From assembly GCF_009831105.1 (NCBI RefSeq), contig NZ_WUUQ01000001.1, positions 690,001-722,000 of the forward strand: DNA of 32,000 nucleotides. The letters run 5' to 3'. Both the position numbers and the translations under genes were made by a program. Position 1 is the first letter of the stretch; each line of letters starts with the position of its first letter. Below are positions 9,069 through 17,221 of this stretch, one piece after another. Below the pieces are notes generated by a model. The model did no database searches and was not told the DNA's origin. It saw only the letters and a list, made by a program, of their open reading frames with translations. Source of the stretch: Copranaerobaculum intestinale (GTDB lineage: Bacteria; Bacillota_I; Bacilli_A; Erysipelotrichales; Erysipelotrichaceae).

Positions 9069-9912
9069 ACAATATGATCCTGATACTTTAAAACATTTAC
9101 AAGAAATAGAAATTTCTGTTTTACAGGATTTCATCAATGTTTGCGAAAAATATCATTTATCATACTCCATGTTTTATGGCAGCTTGATTGGTACGGTGCG
9201 GCATCAGGGATTTATCCCTTGGGATGATGATATTGATGTAGCTATGCCAAGAGAAGACTATGATAAATTTCTGGAGGTTTATGAAGCCGAGATCGGTGAA
9301 AACTACCAAGTATTAACACCACTTATCAACAACAATTACGCCTGCAGTGTTACCCATTTACAGAGAAAGGGAACGAAGTTTGTTCCCTCAACTGCTACGA
9401 AATTAAAATGTGATATGATGATTGATCTCGATATATTCCCATTGGATTATCTTCCTTCTGACGAAAAAAAACAACGTAGGCTATTTAGACGGATGTGGAT
9501 TTTATATAAATTACTCTACCTTTGCGGCAGCCCTTTTCCCTATATACCATTGACAGGTATTAAGGGAAAGGCAGCTAAAGGAATATGTTTTATTGTACAT
9601 TATATTTTAAAATTTTTGTGTATAACTCCGCGATTTCTTTATAAAAAAGCTTTGAAAATTTGTACAAAATACAATCATGATGAGCATTCAGATCTTCTGG
9701 CTACTTTTGAAGCATCTTCATTTGAAAAATGTTATTTAAGAATAGATGAATTTTTTCCACTTAAAAAAGTTAAGTTTGAAACAATTCAGGCTAACATTAT
9801 CAATAGATATGATGATGTTTTAACAAGACATTATGGAGAGTATATGAGTATGCCGCCAGTTGAAAAAAGAGTGAATCATGCACCCGAAGTGTTGGACTTC
9901 GGAGATTTATGA
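9052..9912 (+). CDS. licD: LicD-family phosphotransferase (phosphocholine / phospho-alditol transfer to glycan)
   Basis: FYGSLIGTVRHQGFIPWDDDIDVAMPREDYDKF is the LicD nucleotidyl/phosphotransferase signature. 286 aa. GGAGG RBS. Overlaps the wzx end by 17 nt. Confidence 0.85.
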   Translation: MISNYKQYDPDTLKHLQEIEISVLQDFINVCEKYHLSYSMFYGSLIGTVRHQGFIPWDDDIDVAMPREDYDKFLEVYEAEIGENYQVLTPLINNNYACSVTHLQRKGTKFVPSTATKLKCDMMIDLDIFPLDYLPSDEKKQRRLFRRMWILYKLLYLCGSPFPYIPLTGIKGKAAKGICFIVHYILKFLCITPRFLYKKALKICTKYNHDEHSDLLATFEASSFEKCYLRIDEFFPLKKVKFETIQANIINRYDDVLTRHYGEYMSMPPVEKRVNHAPEVLDFGDL

Positions 9913-9940
9913 AGGATTTTCAGTAAATCCTTTTTTTATT
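9912..9940 (+). terminator. Rho-independent terminator closing the polysaccharide operon
   Basis: AAGGATTT (9912-9919), loop TCAGT, AAATCCTT (9925-9932), then TTTTTATTTT. Confidence 0.7.
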
Positions 9941-10002
9941 TTCTGAAAGAAAGTATATACTGTAAGAGAGTATACAATATAGAAGTCTAAGGAGGAGCAA
10001 AT

Positions 10003-11175
10003 ATGTCACAAAATGTTCAATTTTATACTACTGGAAAATTTTCGAAATTAGCAGGAGTTACTCCTCGAACATTGCGTTATTATGATAAAATTGGGCTCTT
10101 AAAGCCATCTTCTGTGGCTGAAAACGGCTATCGGATTTATACGGATATGGATTTGCTGCGCATTCAAAAAATTTTATCTTTGCGTGAGCTGGGTTTTTCT
10201 ATTTCAGAAATATTTCCACTGATTTTGGATGATTCAGAAAAGAATATGGAAGATTCTATAAATTTTCAGATCGAACTTATCACAAAGAAGATTCAGCAGC
10301 TGGATACCTTTCGGCATGCTTTAAAAAACATCTCAACATCCTTAATCCAAAAAGATTTCGAATGGAACCGAATCATCGAATTAATTAATCTGATCAAAGC
10401 AGAAAATGTATTAGTCGAGCATTATCAAAACACAGCTAATCTTAATATCCGCATTCAGCTGCATAATTTGTTTTCTGTGAATAAGACTGGCTGGTTTAAA
10501 TGGTTGTTTCAGCAAATTGATTTTAAAGGGGTGAATCGTTTACTCGAAATTGGCGCTGGGAATGGAGCCTTATGGGAACAGATGCAGATAGATGCAAGAA
10601 ACCGTGAAATATTTTTATCCGATAAATCTGAAGGAATGGTAGAAGAATTAAAGAAAAAATTTAAGAATGATTTTAATTATCTGACCATCGATTGTGAGAG
10701 TATACCTTTTAAAAATGAATATTTTGATGCGGTGATTGCTAACCACGTCTTATTTTATGTAGATGATCTGGAACGAGGATTGGCAGAAATAGCAAGAGTT
10801 TTATCCCCTGCAGGTACTTTGTATTGCAGTACCTATGGCAAAAATCATATGAGGGAGATACGTGAATTAGTAAAAGAATATGATCCTAGAATTCAATTAT
10901 CTAAAAATGATCTGTTTGAGCGGTTTGGCTTAGAACAGGGCAGAACTTTATTGGAACCTTATTTTTCAAATATTGAAGTATATGTCTATCCAGATGAGTT
11001 GATAGTGTATGATGTGAAGCCTCTAATTAATTATATTATGAGCTGCCATGGAAATCAAAATGAGATCCTTGGTAAAGATGTTAATAAATTTGGACGTTTT
11101 CTACAAAAAAAAATGGATGAGAAGGGATATCTTAAAATAACGAAATCTGCAGGAGTGTTTATAGCTAAGAAATAG
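10003..11175 (+). CDS. MerR-family transcriptional regulator fused to a class I SAM-dependent methyltransferase domain
   Basis: N-terminal YTTGKFSKLAGVTPRTLRYYDKIGLL (MerR wHTH), a coiled-coil linker, then LLEIGAGNGALW (SAM motif I) and VIANHVLFYV. 390 aa. AAGGAGG RBS. Confidence 0.85.
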   Translation: MSQNVQFYTTGKFSKLAGVTPRTLRYYDKIGLLKPSSVAENGYRIYTDMDLLRIQKILSLRELGFSISEIFPLILDDSEKNMEDSINFQIELITKKIQQLDTFRHALKNISTSLIQKDFEWNRIIELINLIKAENVLVEHYQNTANLNIRIQLHNLFSVNKTGWFKWLFQQIDFKGVNRLLEIGAGNGALWEQMQIDARNREIFLSDKSEGMVEELKKKFKNDFNYLTIDCESIPFKNEYFDAVIANHVLFYVDDLERGLAEIARVLSPAGTLYCSTYGKNHMREIRELVKEYDPRIQLSKNDLFERFGLEQGRTLLEPYFSNIEVYVYPDELIVYDVKPLINYIMSCHGNQNEILGKDVNKFGRFLQKKMDEKGYLKITKSAGVFIAKK

Positions 11176-11176
11176 C

Positions 11177-11207
11177 TTGACTATAACGTTACGTCATAGT
11201 TTATAAT
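11177..11207 (+). promoter_or_regulatory. rml operon promoter with MerR-type architecture (19-bp spacer plus central dyad)
   Basis: TTGACT at 11177-11182 and TATAAT at 11202-11207, with a spacer of exactly 19 nt. Dyad ACTATAACG-tta-CGTCATAGT at 11180-11200; 8 of 9 arm positions are complementary. Confidence 0.6.
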
Positions 11208-11233
11208 AATAAGGTATTAGGAGGTAATGCAAT

Positions 11234-12127
11234 ATGAAGGGAATTATACTGGCTGGAGGGAGTGGCACAAGACTCTATCCGCTTACCAAAGTAACAAGTA
11301 AACAATTACTGCCGATTTATGACAAACCGATGATTTATTATCCAATGAGTGTTTTAATGAATGCTGGTATTAAAGATATCTTAATTATCTCTACACCGGA
11401 TGATACACCGAGATTTCAAGATTTATTAGGTGATGGAAGTCAATTTGGTGTTTCTTTAAGCTATAAAGTACAGCCGTCTCCAGACGGACTAGCGCAAGCA
11501 TTTATCCTAGGCGAAGAATTTATCGGAAATGATAGTTGCGCAATGATCCTTGGTGATAATATTTTCCATGGTCATGGCATGACAAAGCGTCTTCGTGCTG
11601 CAGCTGCTAAAGAAAAAGGCGCTACGGTGTTTGGATACTATGTGGAAGATCCTGAACGTTTTGGTGTTGTAGAATTTGATGAAAAGGATCAAGCGATTTC
11701 TTTAGAAGAAAAACCGAAAAATCCTAAATCAAATTATGCTGTAACCGGCCTGTATTTTTATGATAATAAAGTAGTTGAATATGCGAAAAATCTGAAGCCA
11801 AGCCCTCGCGGTGAATTGGAAATCACCGATTTGAATCGCATATATTTAGAGAAGGGTGAATTATCAGTTACTTTGTTGGGTGATGGATTTACTTGGCTTG
11901 ATACAGGAACTCATGAATCCTTAGTGGATGCCACTAATTTTGTCAAAACGATTGAAGAACATCAACATCGTAAGATTGCTTGTCTGGAAGAGATTGCATA
12001 TGATAATGGTTGGATCAATCGCAAACAATTAGAAACGGTTTACGAAGTTTATAAAAAGAATCAATATGGCGCATACTTAAAGAAGATTATGGATCGTAAA
12101 TATATAGATAAGGAAGTCAGTGAATGA
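11234..12127 (+). CDS. rfbA: Glucose-1-phosphate thymidylyltransferase
   Basis: [18 protein letters not shown], and strong end-to-end resemblance to RmlA ([28 protein letters not shown]). 297 aa. Confidence 0.95.
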   Translation: MKGIILAGGSGTRLYPLTKVTSKQLLPIYDKPMIYYPMSVLMNAGIKDILIISTPDDTPRFQDLLGDGSQFGVSLSYKVQPSPDGLAQAFILGEEFIGNDSCAMILGDNIFHGHGMTKRLRAAAAKEKGATVFGYYVEDPERFGVVEFDEKDQAISLEEKPKNPKSNYAVTGLYFYDNKVVEYAKNLKPSPRGELEITDLNRIYLEKGELSVTLLGDGFTWLDTGTHESLVDATNFVKTIEEHQHRKIACLEEIAYDNGWINRKQLETVYEVYKKNQYGAYLKKIMDRKYIDKEVSE

Positions 12128-12705
12128 TGAAAGTAACAGAAACAAAAATACCTGGAGTTTTGATTATTGATCCAGACGTACATGGTGATCACCGTGGATA
12201 TTTTATGGAAACATACAATAAAGCAAAATACAAGGAACTTGGCATTGATGTGGAATTTGTACAAGATAATATGTCATTTTCGGCGCAGAAGGGGACACTA
12301 AGGGGCTTGCATTGGCAAAATGATCCGATGGCTCAGTCGAAGTTAGTGAGCTGTACCAGAGGCTCAGTAATTGACGTAGCAGTGGATATACGTAAAGGAA
12401 GTCCTACCTATGGTGAATGGGTGAGTGTAGAATTGAGTGAAGAAAATAAACGGCAGTTTTTTATTCCGCAAGGATTTGCTCATGGTTTCTTAACACTTTC
12501 GGATAATGTTGAATTTCGCTATAAAGTAGATAATTTCTATTCTAAGGAACACGATCGCGGAATTCGATATGATGATCCAACAGTAAATGTAGATTGGGGT
12601 TCCCTGCTGAATGGTATTGATCCTGTATTATCCGATAAAGACAAGAACGGATTGGTATTAACGGAAGCAGACTGTAATTTTATTTATAAAGGAGATAATA
12701 AATAA
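12124..12705 (+). CDS. rfbC: dTDP-4-dehydrorhamnose 3,5-epimerase
   Basis: [42 protein letters not shown] and [10 protein letters not shown] are RmlC cupin motifs. ATGA overlap with the rfbA stop. Confidence 0.95.
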   Translation: MMKVTETKIPGVLIIDPDVHGDHRGYFMETYNKAKYKELGIDVEFVQDNMSFSAQKGTLRGLHWQNDPMAQSKLVSCTRGSVIDVAVDIRKGSPTYGEWVSVELSEENKRQFFIPQGFAHGFLTLSDNVEFRYKVDNFYSKEHDRGIRYDDPTVNVDWGSLLNGIDPVLSDKDKNGLVLTEADCNFIYKGDNK

Positions 12706-12706
12706 T

Positions 12707-13735
12707 ATGAAAATTTTAGTAACTGGTGGTGCCGGCTTTATCGGTGGGAACTTTGTCCATTATATGGTAGAAAAGTATCCTGAGGATATGATTGTAAACC
12801 TAGATAAACTTACGTATGCAGGTAATTTGGAAACCTGTAAACCGGTTGAGAATAAACCAAACTATAAATTTATTAAGGGTGATATAGCCGACCGTGATTT
12901 CATTTTTAATTTGTTTGAAACTGAGAAATTTGATGTTGTTGTGAACTTTGCTGCGGAGTCACACGTTGATCGCAGTATTGAAGATCCAGAAATTTTTGTG
13001 AAAACAAACGTAATGGGCACAACCACGCTGTTGGACGCATGTAATAAATATGGTATTAAGCGTTATCACCAGGTATCTACTGATGAAGTTTACGGAGATC
13101 TGCCCCTGGATCGCCCGGATTTGTTTTTTACCGAAACAACTCCTCTTCATACATCCAGTCCATATTCAAGTGCCAAAGCGAGCGCTGACCTGTTTGTTTT
13201 AGCATATTATCGTACATATGGCATGCCGGTAACCATATCTCGCTGTTCAAATAATTATGGGCCATATCATTTTCCTGAGAAATTAATACCTTTGATGATT
13301 TCTCGTGCACTTGCGGATGAGAGTCTTCCAGTTTACGGAAAAGGAGATAATGTGAGAGATTGGCTCCATGTTTATGATCATTGTGTGGCAATTGACTTAA
13401 TCATTCGCAATGGACGAGTAGGAGAAATCTATAATGTCGGCGGACATAACGAACGAACAAATCTTGAAGTAGTAAAAACAATTCTACATGCATTAGATAA
13501 ACCAGAAAGTTTAATCAATTTCGTCGAAGACCGGAAAGGACATGATCGCCGCTATGCGATTGATCCAACTAAATTGGAAACGGAACTTGGATGGAAGCCG
13601 AAATACAATTTTGATACTGGTATTCAGCAGACAATTGAATGGTATCTGAATAACAAAGAGTGGTGGCAGAATATATTAAGTGGGGATTATCAGAATTATT
13701 TTGATAAAATGTATAAAGAAAAAGGAAGAGTATAG
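12707..13735 (+). CDS. rfbB: dTDP-glucose 4,6-dehydratase
   Basis: ILVTGGAGFIGGNF, AAESHVDRS, STDEVYG, YSSAKASAD (YxxxK) and HDRRYAID. 342 aa. Confidence 0.95.
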   Translation: MKILVTGGAGFIGGNFVHYMVEKYPEDMIVNLDKLTYAGNLETCKPVENKPNYKFIKGDIADRDFIFNLFETEKFDVVVNFAAESHVDRSIEDPEIFVKTNVMGTTTLLDACNKYGIKRYHQVSTDEVYGDLPLDRPDLFFTETTPLHTSSPYSSAKASADLFVLAYYRTYGMPVTISRCSNNYGPYHFPEKLIPLMISRALADESLPVYGKGDNVRDWLHVYDHCVAIDLIIRNGRVGEIYNVGGHNERTNLEVVKTILHALDKPESLINFVEDRKGHDRRYAIDPTKLETELGWKPKYNFDTGIQQTIEWYLNNKEWWQNILSGDYQNYFDKMYKEKGRV

Positions 13736-13764
13736 AGTTTCATTTTGAAAATGGAGTGAGGCAT

Positions 13765-14607
13765 ATGAAAATCTTAGTAACTGGCTATAAGGGTCAACTT
13801 GGCTTTGATGTAGTTAATGAAGCAGAAAAACGTGGTATCCAAGCGGTTGGTGTGGATATCAATGAAATGGATATCACAAATTCCCAACAGGTAAATGATG
13901 TGATTCGCTCCGGCAATTATGATGCGGTGGTTCACTGTGCTGCCTGGACAGCGGTAGATAAAGCAGAGGATATGGCAGAAGTATGCCGAAAGGTCAATGT
14001 AGAAGGTACTCAGAATATTGCCGATGTATGCAGAGAACTTGATATTCCGATCATGTATTTTTCTACTGATTATGTTTTTGACGGTATGGGTGAAAAGCCA
14101 TGGAACGAGTATGATGAAAGAAATCCGTTGAATGTATATGGGCAGACGAAATATGAGGGTGAATTGGCTGTTGAAGCATTGCCAAAACATTTCATTATTC
14201 GCATTGCATGGGTATTTGGTGTAAACGGAAATAATTTCATTAAGACGATGCTGAAGCTTGGCAAGCAGAACGGTGCGGTCAAAGTGGTGAATGACCAAAT
14301 TGGTTCTCCAACTTACACATATGATTTAGCGAAACTGGTTGTAGATATGATTGTGACAAAGGAATACGGTACGTATCATGCGACCAATGAAGGCTTATGC
14401 AGCTGGTATGATTTTGCATGTGAAATCTTTAAACAGGTTGGTATGAATGTGGCTGTCACCCCGGTAAGCAGTGATGAATTCCCAGCCAAAGCCAAACGTC
14501 CGAGCAATAGCCGCATGAATAAGACAGAGCTGGATAAACATGGGTTTGATCGTCTTCCTACCTGGCAGGATGCTCTTTCCCGTTATTTAAAAGAAATTAC
14601 TTATTAA
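13765..14607 (+). CDS. rfbD: dTDP-4-dehydrorhamnose reductase
   Basis: MKILVTGYKGQLG, STDYVFDG, YGQTKYEGE and RPSNSRM. I prefer ATG 13765 (GGAG 8 nt upstream) over the GTG at 13756. Confidence 0.9.
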   Translation: MKILVTGYKGQLGFDVVNEAEKRGIQAVGVDINEMDITNSQQVNDVIRSGNYDAVVHCAAWTAVDKAEDMAEVCRKVNVEGTQNIADVCRELDIPIMYFSTDYVFDGMGEKPWNEYDERNPLNVYGQTKYEGELAVEALPKHFIIRIAWVFGVNGNNFIKTMLKLGKQNGAVKVVNDQIGSPTYTYDLAKLVVDMIVTKEYGTYHATNEGLCSWYDFACEIFKQVGMNVAVTPVSSDEFPAKAKRPSNSRMNKTELDKHGFDRLPTWQDALSRYLKEITY

Positions 14608-14616
14608 AGGCTGTAT

Positions 14617-14919
14617 ATGAAAACATTACGTTTTAAATATACGATTTATGCAGTTCTTACTTGTATCTGTTTATCATTATTAGGAATGATATATGTTGGT
14701 GCGAATGGTTTAGCTTTAGCGCCGCGAAAAGCGGTATTTACTTATCAGCAGGGTGGGACATTGAAAACTGATCCCGGCTACTACTTTAAGGGTGTTACTG
14801 ACCCGGATCGAGTAAAAATGGACTTATCGAAAGTGGATACAAAAAAACCGGGTATTTACACAATCCAAGTGAAGCAGTCCAGCCGTCGTTATGATTTCAA
14901 AATCAAGATTACCGAATAG
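14617..14919 (+). CDS. Small membrane-anchored protein with a beta-rich (Ig-like?) ectodomain, function unknown
   Basis: 100 aa. N-terminal TM/signal anchor (YAVLTCICLSLLGMIYVGA), then a domain of about 65 aa ending KKPGIYTIQVKQSSRRYDFKIKI. Last gene of the rml transcription unit, with a weak RBS. Confidence 0.5.
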   Translation: MKTLRFKYTIYAVLTCICLSLLGMIYVGANGLALAPRKAVFTYQQGGTLKTDPGYYFKGVTDPDRVKMDLSKVDTKKPGIYTIQVKQSSRRYDFKIKITE

Positions 14920-14932
14920 GTAATCTTTTTTC
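14907..14932 (+). terminator. Rho-independent terminator overlapping the stop codon
   Basis: GATTACC (14907-14913), loop GAATA, GGTAATC (14919-14925), then TTTTTTCT. Confidence 0.55.
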
Positions 14933-15050
14933 TCGCCATCATACCTTTTCAAAATCGTGACATACTAGAGAATAGCGTAGTTAAGAATTGTTAAGATTTC
15001 TTTTTGAAATGTTAACCCTTATCTATGCTAGGATGATTACGGTGATAAAA

Positions 15051-15815
15051 ATGAAAAAGTTAGCTGTTTATGCATTAACTGCTTTACTGCTTGTCACAGG
15101 AATCGTCATACAGGCGCCAAACGTACAAGCCAAGACAAAGGTTGCTGCTTCGATACATAAGAAGGACCTTGATAAGCTTTCCCTGACAGGAATCGATCGG
15201 GTGATGTTTGTAGCCCATCCCGATGATGAGACGATCTGGGCGGGTAATCATATTCGTACCCATAAATATCTGATCATCTGCATTACCAATGGCAACAATA
15301 AAAAGCGGATGAAAGAATTCAAAGCGGTGATGAAGAAAACCGGTAATCCGTATATCATGCTGAAGTATCCTGATAAAACCAATGGTAAGCGCGATAACTG
15401 GAATACCTCGCGGGATGCTGTTAAACAGGATATCAAAACTGTACTGGACTATAAGCAATGGGCTATGATCGTTACTCATAATCCTAAAGGTGAATACGGA
15501 CATATACATCATAAAATGACCAGCCAGATGGTAACAGAGGAATGTCTTCATAAAAAGCTTGAAAATCGACTTATGTATTTTGGTAAATACTACAAGAAAA
15601 AAAATATTGGTAAAATCAAAGACAGCAAGCATTTGTCAAAGAAGCAGTTGAAACAAAAGAATGATTTATTTAAACCGTATCAGTCACAGATGAAAGTAAA
15701 AGATCATCTGTACCACATGTTCCCTTATGAGAATTGGATTTCTTATAAAAAATGGCATCAAAACAAAAAAACTTCAGTAAGTAATTTACTGGAGTTTTTT
15801 TGTTATATGGCATGA
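15051..15815 (+). CDS. Exported PIG-L/LmbE-family (zinc) de-N-acetylase
   Basis: Signal peptide MKKLAVYALTALLLVTGIVIQAPNVQA|KT. VMFVAHPDDETIWAG (PIG-L AHPDDE motif) and a downstream GHIHHKM histidine cluster. I prefer ATG 15051; the track ORF starts at a non-ATG codon at 14988. Confidence 0.75.
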   Translation: MKKLAVYALTALLLVTGIVIQAPNVQAKTKVAASIHKKDLDKLSLTGIDRVMFVAHPDDETIWAGNHIRTHKYLIICITNGNNKKRMKEFKAVMKKTGNPYIMLKYPDKTNGKRDNWNTSRDAVKQDIKTVLDYKQWAMIVTHNPKGEYGHIHHKMTSQMVTEECLHKKLENRLMYFGKYYKKKNIGKIKDSKHLSKKQLKQKNDLFKPYQSQMKVKDHLYHMFPYENWISYKKWHQNKKTSVSNLLEFFCYMA

Positions 15816-15880
15816 GCTGAATCTGTACGATAGTAGAGCAGAACAGAATAAGGCTTGATAACAGCATCAAATCCGACACC

Positions 15881-16813
15881 CTATTTGCGGTTAGTTTCTT
15901 TTACAATGTAAATTGGACGGTTCTTGTTTTCCATATAATCACGTGACAGATATTGTCCCATGATTCCAACAAAGAACAGTTGAATACCGCTCAGCAGCAA
16001 TATAATAAACATCATACCCAGCCAAGCGCTTAAATGACGGCTGTATACAAAGGTTTGGATCAGGATATACATGCCCAAGATCATGGATGTGGTAAACAGC
16101 ATCGCACCCAGCGTAGAAGCAATGGTGAGCGGGGTAGAAGAGAAAGAGAAGATTCCTTCACAGGCATAGGAGAACAGACTGCGGAAGTTCCATTTTGTCG
16201 CTCCGGCCGGACGCTGAATATTGTGAAAGGGAATCCATTTCGTATCAAATCCGACAAAAGAGTATAAGCCCTTCATATAGCGATTGTATTCTTTCATATC
16301 CAGAATGGCGTTTACCATCGTACGATTCATCATACGAAAGTCCCCGGCACCATCACTCATATCAAGCTTGCTGAGCTTCTGGATGACTCTATAGAAGCTG
16401 CGCGATAAGAAGCTGCGCAATTTGCCTTCGCCCTCACGATCCATACGTTTGCCTGCTGCACAATCATAGCCTTCTTTACTGACCGCATGATACATCTGGG
16501 GCAGCAGCACCGGCGGATGCTGAAGATCGGCATCCATGATGACTGTATACGTACCGTCAGACTGCTGCAGCCCGGCATACATCGCCGCTTCTTTTCCAAA
16601 ATTGCGGGAGAAGGACAAATAAACACAGTGACTGTCCTCTTTCGCAATTCCCTTCAGCAAATGCAGGGTTCCATCCTGACTGCCGTCGTTGATAAAGATC
16701 AGCTCATATGTGATATCGCGCATTTTATGTAATGTTTCCGTTATTGTTGTATAGAATAACGGCAATACTTCCTCTTCGTTGTAACAAGGTACAACTACAC
16801 TTATTTTATCCAT
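15881..16813 (-). CDS. csbB: GT2 undecaprenyl-phosphate glycosyltransferase (CsbB/GtrB/ArnC-like) with two C-terminal TM helices
   Basis: ISVVVPCYNEEEVL, INDGSQDGT and MDADLQHPP, with two C-terminal TMs. 310 aa. AGGAGG RBS. Confidence 0.85.
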   Translation of the reverse strand: MDKISVVVPCYNEEEVLPLFYTTITETLHKMRDITYELIFINDGSQDGTLHLLKGIAKEDSHCVYLSFSRNFGKEAAMYAGLQQSDGTYTVIMDADLQHPPVLLPQMYHAVSKEGYDCAAGKRMDREGEGKLRSFLSRSFYRVIQKLSKLDMSDGAGDFRMMNRTMVNAILDMKEYNRYMKGLYSFVGFDTKWIPFHNIQRPAGATKWNFRSLFSYACEGIFSFSSTPLTIASTLGAMLFTTSMILGMYILIQTFVYSRHLSAWLGMMFIILLLSGIQLFFVGIMGQYLSRDYMENKNRPIYIVKETNRK

Positions 16814-16825
16814 GTTATATCCTCC

Positions 16826-17221
16826 TTATTGTTTCTGATAAAAAATCATAAACTTACAAAATACATAATTCCCGGCAACGGTGATAACACTAACGATGAC
16901 TTTGGAAATCATATCCGGTATCAACAGCCACTGGATCGTAATATATAATAATACGGTTTCTATTAACAGCGTGAGCAGCCGCAGGAAGAAGAACTGGGCA
17001 GCCTCTTTCCAGGCATTAGCCGGATTACTGTGAAAGACATAACGCTGATTCATATAGTAAGCAAAGATGACCGCTCCCAACCATGCCAGGACGTTGGCAG
17101 ACATCCAGTATATATGAAAGAAGCGGGTACATAGCCAGTAGATCATGAAGTTTACTACGGTGGTCAATCCGCCGGTAAAAATATAGCGTATTGCTTCTTT
17201 AAGCTGTTCCTGTTTACGCAT
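16826..17221 (-). CDS. gtrA: GtrA-family small membrane protein (putative lipid-linked sugar translocation)
   Basis: 131 aa with 4 TM helices. FTGGLTTVVNFMIYW is a GtrA-like N-terminal motif. Start overlaps the yfhO stop by 8 nt. Confidence 0.75.
   Translation of the reverse strand: MRKQEQLKEAIRYIFTGGLTTVVNFMIYWLCTRFFHIYWMSANVLAWLGAVIFAYYMNQRYVFHSNPANAWKEAAQFFFLRLLTLLIETVLLYITIQWLLIPDMISKVIVSVITVAGNYVFCKFMIFYQKQ

Noticed and set aside
9941-10002. Palindromes AGTATATACT (9952-9961) and GTATAC (9970-9975) upstream of the MerR-fusion gene, as its autoregulatory operator
   Set aside because: I could not place them within a 19-20 bp spacer promoter, since no acceptable -35 lies at the right distance from TACAAT at 9973-9978. 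Their half-site arrangement also differs from the dyad at the rml promoter.
13774-14298. 174-aa minus-strand ORF, plus the nested 70-aa ORF at 14070-14282
   Set aside because: Both lie entirely antisense within rfbD, whose identity is unambiguous, and show no recognisable motifs.
15084-15632. 182-aa minus-strand ORF
   Set aside because: It is antisense to the PIG-L deacetylase gene, which has clear catalytic motifs and a signal peptide. It has no motifs or RBS of its own.
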